Position numbers and translations under genes: made by a program
Notes under the pieces: model-generated
What the model was told of the DNA's origin: nothing
The model's database searches: none
Seen by the model: the letters and a program-made list of their open reading frames with translations, nothing else
Origin: a virus
Length of the DNA stretch: 64,000 nucleotides
IMG/VR virus record: IMGVR_UViG_3300009169_000020
Span: 7,017 to 71,016 of that record
Strand: one strand, 5' to 3'
Shown: positions 9,925 through 18,769 of the stretch, piece by piece
Layout: each line of letters begins with the position of its first letter
How positions within the stretch are numbered: position 1 is the stretch's first letter

Positions 9925-10044
9925 GAGAAATCCTACCGTTGCTGGTCATTGCGGAAAAGGTGTTAAGTAGCACTGTTGATAGCAGTCTATCATACTTAAC
10001 TTTAAGCCAGTTTCTTAAAGGGATGACAGCCTAAAAAGAGTCTC
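9925..10044 (+). ncRNA. Candidate structured ncRNA
   Basis: Nested complementary segments GAGA/TCTC, ATCCT/GGGAT, CTGG/CCAG, GTTAAGTA/TACTTAAC, ACTGTT/AGCAGT in a GC-elevated non-coding stretch. Confidence 0.4.
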
Positions 10045-10098
10045 ACTTTTTCTCGATTGATTTAAGTGATAAAAGAAAATCGAAAATTATGTTAAAGT

Positions 10099-10205
10099 TA
10101 TTCAGTGGCGGAATTGGTAGACGCATATTGGCGAGAGTGTATTCATCCGGAGAAGGTAACCACCAATAATTGACGAATGTGCAGGTTCGAGTCCTGTCTG
10201 AATAA
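10099..10205 (+). tRNA. Leu-type tRNA-like RNA with a ~31-nt expanded anticodon loop
   Basis: TATTCAG/CTGAATA + A73; GCG-GAATTGGTAGA-CGC; TATTGG...CCAATA stem; short variable arm; GCAGG-TTCGAGT-CCTGT. Confidence 0.7.
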
Positions 10206-10212
10206 ATAGTTT

Positions 10213-10397
10213 AATAAGATGACGGAAGAGTATAGACGTTATGGCTTTAGATAAATAGTGTCGTGAAGTAGGGCGTTGCTAGATTATGGGTAGAGAGACT
10301 TCAAGTTATCGAGATAATGCTAGATACACCTAGGAAGGTATTCAAATTCTAACCTACTATAAAATTATCATATGGGTATCAAATCCCATTCTTATTT
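10213..10397 (+). ncRNA. 185-nt tRNA-scaffolded RNA with a large insertion
   Basis: AATAAGA/TCTTATT acceptor; ACG-GAAGAGTATAGA-CGT D arm; ATGGG-TATCAAAT-CCCAT T arm; internal AGTAGG/CCTACT helix. Confidence 0.55.
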
Positions 10398-10429
10398 AAA
10401 CTATTTAAAAATAAAATAAGGAGAATTAA

Positions 10430-10885
10430 ATGATTTGTTTTGAAATAGTTGAAGAACAATTTAGAAAGAACAAAGACAAAAATATTATAATACCTATAAG
10501 AGCTACAGAAGGATCTGCTGGATATGATTTTTATTTAATAGACGATATTATGTTAGAACCTAAACAAAGTTTATTGATATGGACAGATGTTAAAGTTAAA
10601 ATGCCTAAAGACTTAGTTTTTGAAATTATTATGAGAAGCTCTTATGGAATAAAAAAAGATATAATGCTTAAAAATATTATAGGTAAAATAGATTCAGACT
10701 ATTATAATAATGAAACTAATAATGGAAATATTGGAATCTGTTTATATAACTATGGAGAAACTATTCAAACACTTAAAAAATATGAAGCTTTTTGTCAAGG
10801 TACTTTCTTTAAATACTATATAACTGATAATGACATTGTTATTTCCAAAGAAAGAACTGGCGGAATAGGTAGTACTACAAAATAA
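10430..10885 (+). CDS. dut: Trimeric dUTPase
   Basis: SAGYD, RSS, GKIDSDY, FCQG and RTGGIGST motifs. Confidence 0.92.
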   Translation: MICFEIVEEQFRKNKDKNIIIPIRATEGSAGYDFYLIDDIMLEPKQSLLIWTDVKVKMPKDLVFEIIMRSSYGIKKDIMLKNIIGKIDSDYYNNETNNGNIGICLYNYGETIQTLKKYEAFCQGTFFKYYITDNDIVISKERTGGIGSTTK

Positions 10886-11073
10886 TTATTAACTACATAT
10901 AAGGACACTAAATAATGGAAAGGGATATAACAACTATGACAGATAAAGAGTATAATAAATATTATTGGTCAGATTATTATGATCTATGTAAGAAGTGTAA
11001 AGAGAGATGTAAACAGTCACATGTAGTAAAACAAGTAGTTTGTAAAAAATATAATAAAATAGAGGATTAGAAA

Positions 11074-11502
11074 TTGCAAGAACATAAAATAATTAAATCC
11101 ATACTTACAGATTACTTTGATGAAGAAAATATTTTTTATGATGTAGAAGAAAATAGTTTTCAATGTCCTATGGGAATAATAGCAGAATTTGATGATGTAT
11201 GGTGTATATCATTTGATCTTACTTATGTTACTGATCCTAGAGATACAGTATTATTTTCAACTATAATTTTAGATATGGCAAATCATCAAATCATGTGTTC
11301 TATGGATTGTCCATTCTATACAGTATTCAATGAAAATGATATTTGTGTTGATATATTATGGGACACAGATATAATGAAAAAAATGTTAGATGATAAAATA
11401 AATTATTCCGAAGCTAAAGACTTTCTTATAAAAGAAATGTTAGCTAAAGATGTAACTGAAAATAAAGAAGTACAAACTCCAGAAGTATCAAATCTAAATT
11501 AA
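11074..11502 (+). CDS. Hypothetical acidic protein (TTG start)
   Basis: ORF with GAGG RBS. Confidence 0.55.
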   Translation: MQEHKIIKSILTDYFDEENIFYDVEENSFQCPMGIIAEFDDVWCISFDLTYVTDPRDTVLFSTIILDMANHQIMCSMDCPFYTVFNENDICVDILWDTDIMKKMLDDKINYSEAKDFLIKEMLAKDVTENKEVQTPEVSNLN

Positions 11503-11512
11503 GGATTATTTT

Positions 11513-11998
11513 ATGAAAGTTGGTGATAAAGTAAAAATTTTAAAGGATTATTATTCTTATAATAATATAAGAGATGAACACTATCTTGCTTTTTGTGCTG
11601 GGAGTATAGCTACTATCACACATATAGAGAATGGTTTTGTATCTCTTAATGATAATTTTGACTTACAAGTTAATTATAATCTTTTTGTTAGGGATGGTTA
11701 TTTTAAATCGGTGGAAGAACATATTATGACACAACAAAAAATTGATAGACTAATGTTTAACTTTGGAGAATTTCTTAAAGAGAAAAATAAACGCTATGGA
11801 GATTCTGCTATATCCCCTATGCAATTATTTTCTAAATTAGATGCAAGTAATTCTATATGTATTAGAATTGATGACAAATTAAACAGAATAAAGAATAACA
11901 ATAAATTAAAAAAGAATGATGTTACTGATCTTATAGGATATTTATTATTATATATGATAGATCAAAATTGGTTAACTTTTGAGGAAATGTTAGATTAA
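11513..11998 (+). CDS. DUF1599 / nucleotide-modification-associated (MazG-like) protein
   Basis: KNKRYGDS...IRIDDKLNRI...DLIGY. Confidence 0.7.
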   Translation: MKVGDKVKILKDYYSYNNIRDEHYLAFCAGSIATITHIENGFVSLNDNFDLQVNYNLFVRDGYFKSVEEHIMTQQKIDRLMFNFGEFLKEKNKRYGDSAISPMQLFSKLDASNSICIRIDDKLNRIKNNNKLKKNDVTDLIGYLLLYMIDQNWLTFEEMLD

Positions 11999-12279
11999 TG
12001 AATAAATATTTTTTATTTAGAGATTTAGATAATAGTAGTAATTTATGTAGTGGATTATCTTATCATGCTGCTGGATTAGTTATTAAAGATCACAGAGAAA
12101 ATTTAATAGGTAGTGTAAGTGGTAAAGATTTGGCAGTTAAATTTTTTGATCCTTTTGAAGCTATAATTTATTATACTTGGAGAGCAATAGAAGATGTAGA
12201 ACTATTTGAAATAAGTGGGGTAGAATATTTAATATTATTAGATAGATATAATCAGATAGATAAAGTACAATTTAGATAA
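11998..12279 (+). CDS. Hypothetical protein
   Basis: TAATG overlap with the previous gene. Confidence 0.55.
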   Translation: MNKYFLFRDLDNSSNLCSGLSYHAAGLVIKDHRENLIGSVSGKDLAVKFFDPFEAIIYYTWRAIEDVELFEISGVEYLILLDRYNQIDKVQFR

Positions 12280-12305
12280 AATAAATATTATATAAGGTGT
12301 TTTAA

Positions 12306-12968
12306 ATGATTAAAATTATTGATATAACTTCTAATCCTCTTCAAAGAATAGGCGAAGTAGCTTCTGCTTGTTGGAACAGTGATCCTAAAATAATAGAACA
12401 GAAGAAACAAATTGCACTAGATTGTTTTAATTCTGGTCATGGTAGAGTTCTTGAATATGTAGATATGACTATTTCTATAGAAGGATATAGTGCAAGAATG
12501 GTTAGGGAATTATATACACATCATATAGGTGTATCACGATTACAAGAAAGTACTAGATATGTGGATTGTAAAAACTTTTCATACTATATACCTGAATCTA
12601 TAAAGAACAATAGTGAAGCTTTACAAATTTATAAAGATTGTATGTCTACTATTAGAACATGTTATGGAGCATTACAATATAATAATATTTCAAAACAAGA
12701 TATTGCTAATATACTACCTCTTGGAATGCACACAAAAGTAATACTAAAAATTAACTTGCGAGCATTACTTCATATGGCAGAACTTAGACTATGTAATAGA
12801 GCATTAAAAGAGTATAGGGATTTTATGATAGAAGTATATCAGAAATTAGTTGTAGTAGATGAAGAATGGAATTACATAATGGAACATTATTATAAAGCTA
12901 AATGTGAAATATTAGGTTTTTGTAACGAAAAAAATAGTTGCGGAATGACACCAAATAATATAATTTAA
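12306..12968 (+). CDS. thyX: Flavin-dependent thymidylate synthase
   Basis: GHGRVLE, RELYTHH...QESTRY, NLRALLH...LRLC..A..E.R. Confidence 0.88.
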   Translation: MIKIIDITSNPLQRIGEVASACWNSDPKIIEQKKQIALDCFNSGHGRVLEYVDMTISIEGYSARMVRELYTHHIGVSRLQESTRYVDCKNFSYYIPESIKNNSEALQIYKDCMSTIRTCYGALQYNNISKQDIANILPLGMHTKVILKINLRALLHMAELRLCNRALKEYRDFMIEVYQKLVVVDEEWNYIMEHYYKAKCEILGFCNEKNSCGMTPNNII

Positions 12969-13039
12969 AAAAATAATTACACTTTTTATATATTTTTAAT
13001 TATATTATCTATAAGAAATTAAATAAGGATGGTTCAGAT

Positions 13040-13327
13040 TTGAAAAGTAATGATATATATTCAGGAGCAGATATTGTAAATAGTTTAAAGTTTTATTTTA
13101 TGCTAAGTACTTATCTTATGTCAAGAGATCATTCAGAATATGAATCTACACAGAGTCTTAAATAATTTATAAGAGAAGGTTCTGGTGTTTGGCATAATAT
13201 AGGTAATAAAACTCTTAGTGCTTATTATGAACAAGCTTATAATTCATTACCAGCAGAATTTTTATCTTTTATGGAAATATCAACTAAAGGTGATGCAGAT
13301 CAAGTTAGATTCATGGAAGTTAGATAA
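13040..13327 (+). pseudogene. ~95-codon ORF interrupted by one in-frame TAA (13163-13165)
   Basis: Promoter and AAGGA precede a TTG start; the frame stays open on both sides of the TAA and ends 2 nt before polA. Confidence 0.5.
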
Positions 13328-13329
13328 AA

Positions 13330-15273
13330 ATGACAGGAGCATTTCTTCAGAAAAAAAGTCATTGTGATAAATGTCCCTTAGAATTATGTATTAAAGATGG
13401 TTCTTTAACTAGAGCCTCTTTAAAAAAAGAAATTCAAATTAAAAGTGACATACAAGATTATTCTAATGTAGATTATTTATTTCTTACTGATACAGTTGAA
13501 AGACCAGAAGATTTAAATAAACTATTTAATCTTATAAAAAATAAAGGTATAGTTAATTTTGCTATTACATCAGCAATAGGTTGCAGAACTCTTAACTATG
13601 AATTACCTACACCATTATATTCAACTTATAATTATTGTAATAGTTTTGATATTAAAAAATTTAATCCTAAATGTGTAATTACTACTGGAAAAGGGTTAAC
13701 TCATTTTACTAAGGGTTCAGTATTTTCTTCTTGGAGAGAATTCAGAGAATGTGTATTCAATGAAACATATTTTTATCCACATATAAAATCAGAATGGAAA
13801 GGTAGAATATATCCCTCAGGATTTATTCAAGATATATTTCATTTTGATACATTTGAACATTATCATTTTTGTGAACAATTAAAATTTGCTAAACAACATA
13901 TTGAGAATTATGAATCAGAAAAATTTATAATGCCACAATATAAAATAGAAAAAATATTAGATTTAGATAAATTTATAGAGGAACATAAAGATGAAAAGAA
14001 GGGGGCTTTTGATACTGAAACAAATAGTCTTAATGTATTTATAGATAATTTTAAAATGGGTAGTCTACAATGTTCTTTTGATGGTATAACAGGGTATTAT
14101 ATACCTTCATTAGCAATAACCAATAAAAGAAAATTATCAATATGGTTAAAAGATATTTATCAGATTTGGGCTAATGGAAAATATGATTGCAAAGTATTAA
14201 ATAGAGAACATATATCAGGTTATCATGTAGATGAAGATATTCCTTTAATATTTCATCTTCTAAATACAGAACGAGATAGTAATAGTATAAAAGTACTTTC
14301 ATGGTTTATTGGATTTGGTGGATATGAGGATGATCTTGATGATTATAAAAAGAAATATAAAATAAAAAATTATCTTGATATTCCTGAACATATTATGATA
14401 CCTTATGCAGGTCTTGATGGTATAGTTACATATAGACTTGAAGAATATTTACATAAATATTTAGTTTATAGACAACAAGAAACATATAATCTTTATAGAG
14501 ATGTAGTATTACCTGTTATACCTGTATTTCAAGCAATAGAAGAAAATGGTATAATGGTTGATAAAGATTATATAAAAAATTATCATAATGAACTTATGGT
14601 TAAGAAGAGTATTATTGAAAAAGAGATTTATAGAATAGCGGATAAACAATTTAATATAGATTCAAATGATGAATTAGGATTAGTATTAAAAGAAGCTGGA
14701 TTACCCAATTATGGAACAACTAAGAAAGGTTTATATCAGACTAACGAAGAAATTTTATTAAAGTGGAAAAAAGATGGATTTGAAATAGTAGAAAAAATAT
14801 TAGAATATAGAAAAATAGCAAAATTAGATTCTACATATATCGGTAATCAAAAAGATATAGAAGAAATTGATTTTTTTGATAATTCTAAAAAAGAAAAAGA
14901 AAGTATAGGATTATATCAATATATAATGTCAGATAATAGAGTGCATGGAAATATTATGCCAGCATTAACAGATAGTGGTCGTAGCCTATGTGTAACTGGA
15001 GATACGCTTGTGTTACTTGATAATTTAGAAACTATTAGAATAGATGATCTCATAGATAGACTAAGTTATAGGGAGTTTTTTGTTAAAACACATACGGATA
15101 ATAATAGGAAAGTTCTTAATGGTTGGAAAAAATCTTTGGAGACCGTTTTTGAGTTAGAATTATTAAATGGTAGTAAAATTAGATTAACTGAAAATCATCG
15201 AGTATATACTGATAGAGGATTTATAAAACTAAAAGATTTAGATATAGACAATGATAAAATACTTAGTATCTAA
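13330..15273 (+). CDS. polA: DNA polymerase A, N-part (UDG-like domain, 3'-5' exonuclease, thumb) fused to the N-half of a split intein
   Basis: CDKCPL and KCVITTG UDG-like segment; exonuclease motifs FDTET, NGKYD, YAGLD; TDSGRSL then intein CVTGDTLV...LTENHRVY, then stop. Confidence 0.9.
   Translation: MTGAFLQKKSHCDKCPLELCIKDGSLTRASLKKEIQIKSDIQDYSNVDYLFLTDTVERPEDLNKLFNLIKNKGIVNFAITSAIGCRTLNYELPTPLYSTYNYCNSFDIKKFNPKCVITTGKGLTHFTKGSVFSSWREFRECVFNETYFYPHIKSEWKGRIYPSGFIQDIFHFDTFEHYHFCEQLKFAKQHIENYESEKFIMPQYKIEKILDLDKFIEEHKDEKKGAFDTETNSLNVFIDNFKMGSLQCSFDGITGYYIPSLAITNKRKLSIWLKDIYQIWANGKYDCKVLNREHISGYHVDEDIPLIFHLLNTERDSNSIKVLSWFIGFGGYEDDLDDYKKKYKIKNYLDIPEHIMIPYAGLDGIVTYRLEEYLHKYLVYRQQETYNLYRDVVLPVIPVFQAIEENGIMVDKDYIKNYHNELMVKKSIIEKEIYRIADKQFNIDSNDELGLVLKEAGLPNYGTTKKGLYQTNEEILLKWKKDGFEIVEKILEYRKIAKLDSTYIGNQKDIEEIDFFDNSKKEKESIGLYQYIMSDNRVHGNIMPALTDSGRSLCVTGDTLVLLDNLETIRIDDLIDRLSYREFFVKTHTDNNRKVLNGWKKSLETVFELELLNGSKIRLTENHRVYTDRGFIKLKDLDIDNDKILSI
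14989..15270 (+). mobile_element. Split intein N-half (94 aa)
   Basis: Block A CVTGDTLV, block B KIRLTENHRVYT, ends GFIKLKDLDIDNDKILSI*. Confidence 0.9.
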
Positions 15274-15455
15274 TATATATACTAATAGAAATCTTGGATA
15301 GGCTTTGCGGGCTAATAAAATATACAAATCCTGTTATTTGTATATTTTCCAAGATTCATTTTAAAAATAAAAATTATTATTCAAAACAGTTTCTACTAAT
15401 AAATAATTAGAAATCCGCAAAATTTCTAAAAATAAAAATAACAGGGTTAGTAGAA

Positions 15456-16517
15456 ATGAAATACTCAATTCAAGAAACAGATTATTACGGTTATATTTAT
15501 GTAACTTTAGACCAAAAAACAAATAAAATTTATGTTGGTCAAAAGAAAGGAAAAATTGAAAAGTCTGAAAATTATTATGGATCTGGAACAATAATTAGCA
15601 ATATACTGAAAGATAGAGGTAATTATTTTCTAAAGAAAACTGTTTTAGGGGTGTGTTATTCAAGAGAAGAGTTGAAATTTTGGGAAACTGAATGCAAATA
15701 TTTCTTTAATGTTTTCGATAGGAATTACGGATATAATATAGCTATAGTTGATTATGGAGGAGATAATTTAACTCATCATCCAGACAAGGAGAGAATAATT
15801 TTACAAACAAGTTTAACTATTAGATTACAACGTAGCGATCTTTCTAACGAAGAAAGATTAGTTCTACAAAACTGTTTATATAATTTTAAACAAGGCAATG
15901 ATCCACAATTACTTAACTATAAAAAATGGTGGTTAGCTAAAATTGAACAAGATGCTCAAAATAAAATAGACTCTCTTTTAACTACCGAAGAAAGATCATT
16001 ATTATCTAAAAATATATGGAAAAATAAATCTCGAGAGGAGAAAGAAATTTTTATTAACAAGATGATAGAGGTTAATAATTCAGAGGAACATGTTTATAGA
16101 TCAAAAGAGAGTAGAAAAAGACCTGAATATAAAGAATTAATGTCTAATAAACTAACAGAGCATTATACTAAACCCGGTAGTATGGAAGTTCTTATAGAGG
16201 CAGTAACTAAACAGTGGGAAGCTCCTGGAAGAAAAGAAGACTACTCTTTAAAAATGACTGATTGGCATTCTAGGGAAGAAAATAAGAAGAAGCATAGTGA
16301 TGCAACAAGAACACCTATTTCATTTATTGTTGAAGATTATATTAACACTCTGAATGAAGATTTCACTATATATGATATTATGGAAAAATGTGAATGTACT
16401 TATAATATAGTATGCTATCATTTAGAGAAGGAATTTGCTAAAGGTACTATTACTAAAACTAAAAGAAGAGGGAATATTCCCATAAAATATAGGAGAATTA
16501 CTGATGAAGTTTGTTAA
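15456..16517 (+). CDS. Free-standing GIY-YIG homing endonuclease (Seg-like) between the polA halves
   Basis: GYIY...KIYVGQ...YYGSG...E...GYNI. Confidence 0.85.
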   Translation: MKYSIQETDYYGYIYVTLDQKTNKIYVGQKKGKIEKSENYYGSGTIISNILKDRGNYFLKKTVLGVCYSREELKFWETECKYFFNVFDRNYGYNIAIVDYGGDNLTHHPDKERIILQTSLTIRLQRSDLSNEERLVLQNCLYNFKQGNDPQLLNYKKWWLAKIEQDAQNKIDSLLTTEERSLLSKNIWKNKSREEKEIFINKMIEVNNSEEHVYRSKESRKRPEYKELMSNKLTEHYTKPGSMEVLIEAVTKQWEAPGRKEDYSLKMTDWHSREENKKKHSDATRTPISFIVEDYINTLNEDFTIYDIMEKCECTYNIVCYHLEKEFAKGTITKTKRRGNIPIKYRRITDEVC

Positions 16518-16617
16518 TATTAAAAGTATCACAAAATTAGAAGAAAAGGAAATTGTATATGATATTGAAACTGATATAGATCATTCATTTTTTGGTAATA
16601 ATATATGTATCCATAAT
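16504..16617 (+). mobile_element. Split intein C-half (38 aa)
   Basis: Blocks F/G VYDIETDIDHSFFGNNICIHN with Ser+1. Confidence 0.9.
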
Positions 16618-17571
16618 TCCTTTTCTCCCAACTTACAAAATTTCCCGAAAAGGGGTGATGAGGGTAAAGCTTTTAGAAAAGTGTTTATAGCACCCGAGAA
16701 TTATTATTTTTGTGAAGCAGACTATGCTGGATTTCAGTTAAGACTTATGGGTATATATTCTAAAGATGAAACTATGATAGATGCTTTTGTAAATCAGGGA
16801 GGAGATTTACATTCGGTGACGGGATGCGAGGTGTTTTCTCAAGGTACTGAATTATCTTATTTTATGGAGCATAAAAAAGAGGATCCATATAAGACAGCAA
16901 GATTTAATGGTAAAGTTGTAAATCTATCTTTTGTTTTTATGGTTAGTCCTTTCTCTTTTCAAAATTCTATCAGAGAAGAATGGACACCTGAACAAATAGA
17001 TGATTATATTAAAAAAAATAAATTAGAAATAATTAAGGATTCTAAAACTAATTTTGAAAATAAAAATCTTACTATAGCTACGGATATACATAAAAAGTTT
17101 TTTATTAAATATCCTAAATTACCTGATTATGCAAATTCAATGCAGAAATTTGCTAGAGAGAATGGTTATGTAGATTGTTCTATATTTCCAGGATTAAGAA
17201 GGCATCTTCCCGAGCTAATTAAACAAGGTAGTAATCTCAATAAAGAAAAAATGTCACATTATTCAAATCTTAATAATATAGCGGTTAATACGGGTGCTCA
17301 AGGTGGTGAAGCTTATATTATTTATAAAGCATTAGTTAAAATATATAATAAAATAAAAGAACTAAACTTAAAAAGTATGTTGGTTGGTTCAGTTCATGAT
17401 AGTATCGTATTGTACATATACAAACCTGAAGCAGAGCAAATGTATTATATATTAAAAGAAAGTATGGAAGTATTTGATTATTCTATCCCTATCTTAGCTG
17501 ATATAGAGTATGGAGACATTTGGGGATTTGGTACAGAAGTAGATAAAAATAATATTAAGGAGTTTATATAA
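16504..17571 (+). CDS. polA: Split intein C-half fused to the DNA polymerase A C-part (palm/fingers)
   Basis: MKFVNIKSI...VYDIE...CIHN|S (38 aa), then PNLQNFP, motif A ADYAGFQLR, DLH, motif B RFNGKVVNL, motif C VHDSI. Confidence 0.92.
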   Translation: MKFVNIKSITKLEEKEIVYDIETDIDHSFFGNNICIHNSFSPNLQNFPKRGDEGKAFRKVFIAPENYYFCEADYAGFQLRLMGIYSKDETMIDAFVNQGGDLHSVTGCEVFSQGTELSYFMEHKKEDPYKTARFNGKVVNLSFVFMVSPFSFQNSIREEWTPEQIDDYIKKNKLEIIKDSKTNFENKNLTIATDIHKKFFIKYPKLPDYANSMQKFARENGYVDCSIFPGLRRHLPELIKQGSNLNKEKMSHYSNLNNIAVNTGAQGGEAYIIYKALVKIYNKIKELNLKSMLVGSVHDSIVLYIYKPEAEQMYYILKESMEVFDYSIPILADIEYGDIWGFGTEVDKNNIKEFI

Positions 17572-17822
17572 TGGATGATTTTTTTAAGAAAAAACAATTA
17601 GTTGTAGCTAAAGACTGGGAACAACATTGGAAAGATATGCCAGAATTTATATGTAATGACTTAACCCCTAAATATCAAATTATAATGTCATTCAGAGATG
17701 ATAAGGCAAGAAAAGAATTTTCTAAACTTATAAATCAACCTATAACAAACAGTACAAAATCTTTATGGTATCCAAAAGAAGAAATTGATGTAGTAAAGGA
17801 TTTAAGATATGTTAACGAATAA
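17571..17822 (+). CDS. Small protein translationally coupled to the glycosyltransferase
   Basis: WEQHWKDMPEF...KSLWYP; overlaps the downstream gene. Confidence 0.6.
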   Translation: MDDFFKKKQLVVAKDWEQHWKDMPEFICNDLTPKYQIIMSFRDDKARKEFSKLINQPITNSTKSLWYPKEEIDVVKDLRYVNE

Positions 17823-18696
17823 TCCACAATTCCCAATATATCTCCCATCTAAGGGTAGACATGATATAAAAGGATATACTAGCGATAATCTTACTGTTAT
17901 GGAAATACCTCATTATATAATTGTAGAAAAACAACAATATGATTTATATTATGAAGCTCATAAAGATAATAAATTTGTAACACTTCTTATACTTGATCCT
18001 AAATATCAAGATGAATATTTAACATTTGATGATCTTGGAAATACAAAAAGTAAAGGTCCAGGAGCAGCTAGAAATTTTGCATGGGATCATTCTATTCAAA
18101 ATGGATTTACTTGGCATTGGGTTATGGATGATAATATAATGTCATTTAAAATATTTAATGATAATAGACAAATAAAAACAACTTCCGGAGCTATGTTTAA
18201 AGCTATGGAAGATTTTTGTTTAAGATATTCAAATGTATCTATGGCTGGACCTAATTATTATATGTTTGTACCTCGTAAGGAAAAATTACCTCCTTATGTA
18301 ATAAATACCAGAATATATTCATGTAATCTTATAAGAAACGATACACCTTATAGATGGAGAGGACGTTATAATGAAGATACTGATCTATCCTTATGTATGT
18401 TAAAAGATGGATGGTGTACAGTTCAATTTAATGCATTTCTTCAAGAAAAACTAACTACGCAAGTATTACATGGTGGAAATAATGCTGATTTTTATTCTCA
18501 AGAAGGTACATTACCTAAATCAAAAATGCTAAAAGATATGCACCCAGATGTAACAGAAGTAGTTTGGAAATTTAGTAGATGGCATCATCATGTAAATTAT
18601 CTACCCTTTAAACAAAATAAACTTCTATTAAAAGATGATTATATAGTTAAAGAAGGTGTAAATAATTATGGAATGATATTAAAACGCGTAAAATAA
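17809..18696 (+). CDS. GT-A glycosyltransferase, TET-associated/GREB1-like family
   Basis: IYLPSKGR, GPGAARN, HWVMDDNI, IYSCNLI, WRGRYNEDTDLSL. Confidence 0.75.
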   Translation: MLTNNPQFPIYLPSKGRHDIKGYTSDNLTVMEIPHYIIVEKQQYDLYYEAHKDNKFVTLLILDPKYQDEYLTFDDLGNTKSKGPGAARNFAWDHSIQNGFTWHWVMDDNIMSFKIFNDNRQIKTTSGAMFKAMEDFCLRYSNVSMAGPNYYMFVPRKEKLPPYVINTRIYSCNLIRNDTPYRWRGRYNEDTDLSLCMLKDGWCTVQFNAFLQEKLTTQVLHGGNNADFYSQEGTLPKSKMLKDMHPDVTEVVWKFSRWHHHVNYLPFKQNKLLLKDDYIVKEGVNNYGMILKRVK

Positions 18697-18769
18697 TAAA
18701 AAATAATTACACTTTTAAAGATTTTTAATTATATTATAAATAAGAATTTAAATAAGGACTCTATTTAAA

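Noticed and set aside
9924-9990. Theta/HDV-like ribozyme after tRNA-Met
   Set aside because: Could not build the nested double pseudoknot or find the typical L3 sequence by eye; kept only as an unclassified candidate.
15274-16503. Group I intron joining the polA halves
   Set aside because: No recognisable P7 core or 3' intron segment; the endonuclease overlaps the PolA-C start, which has its own AGGAG RBS and a typical IntC start.
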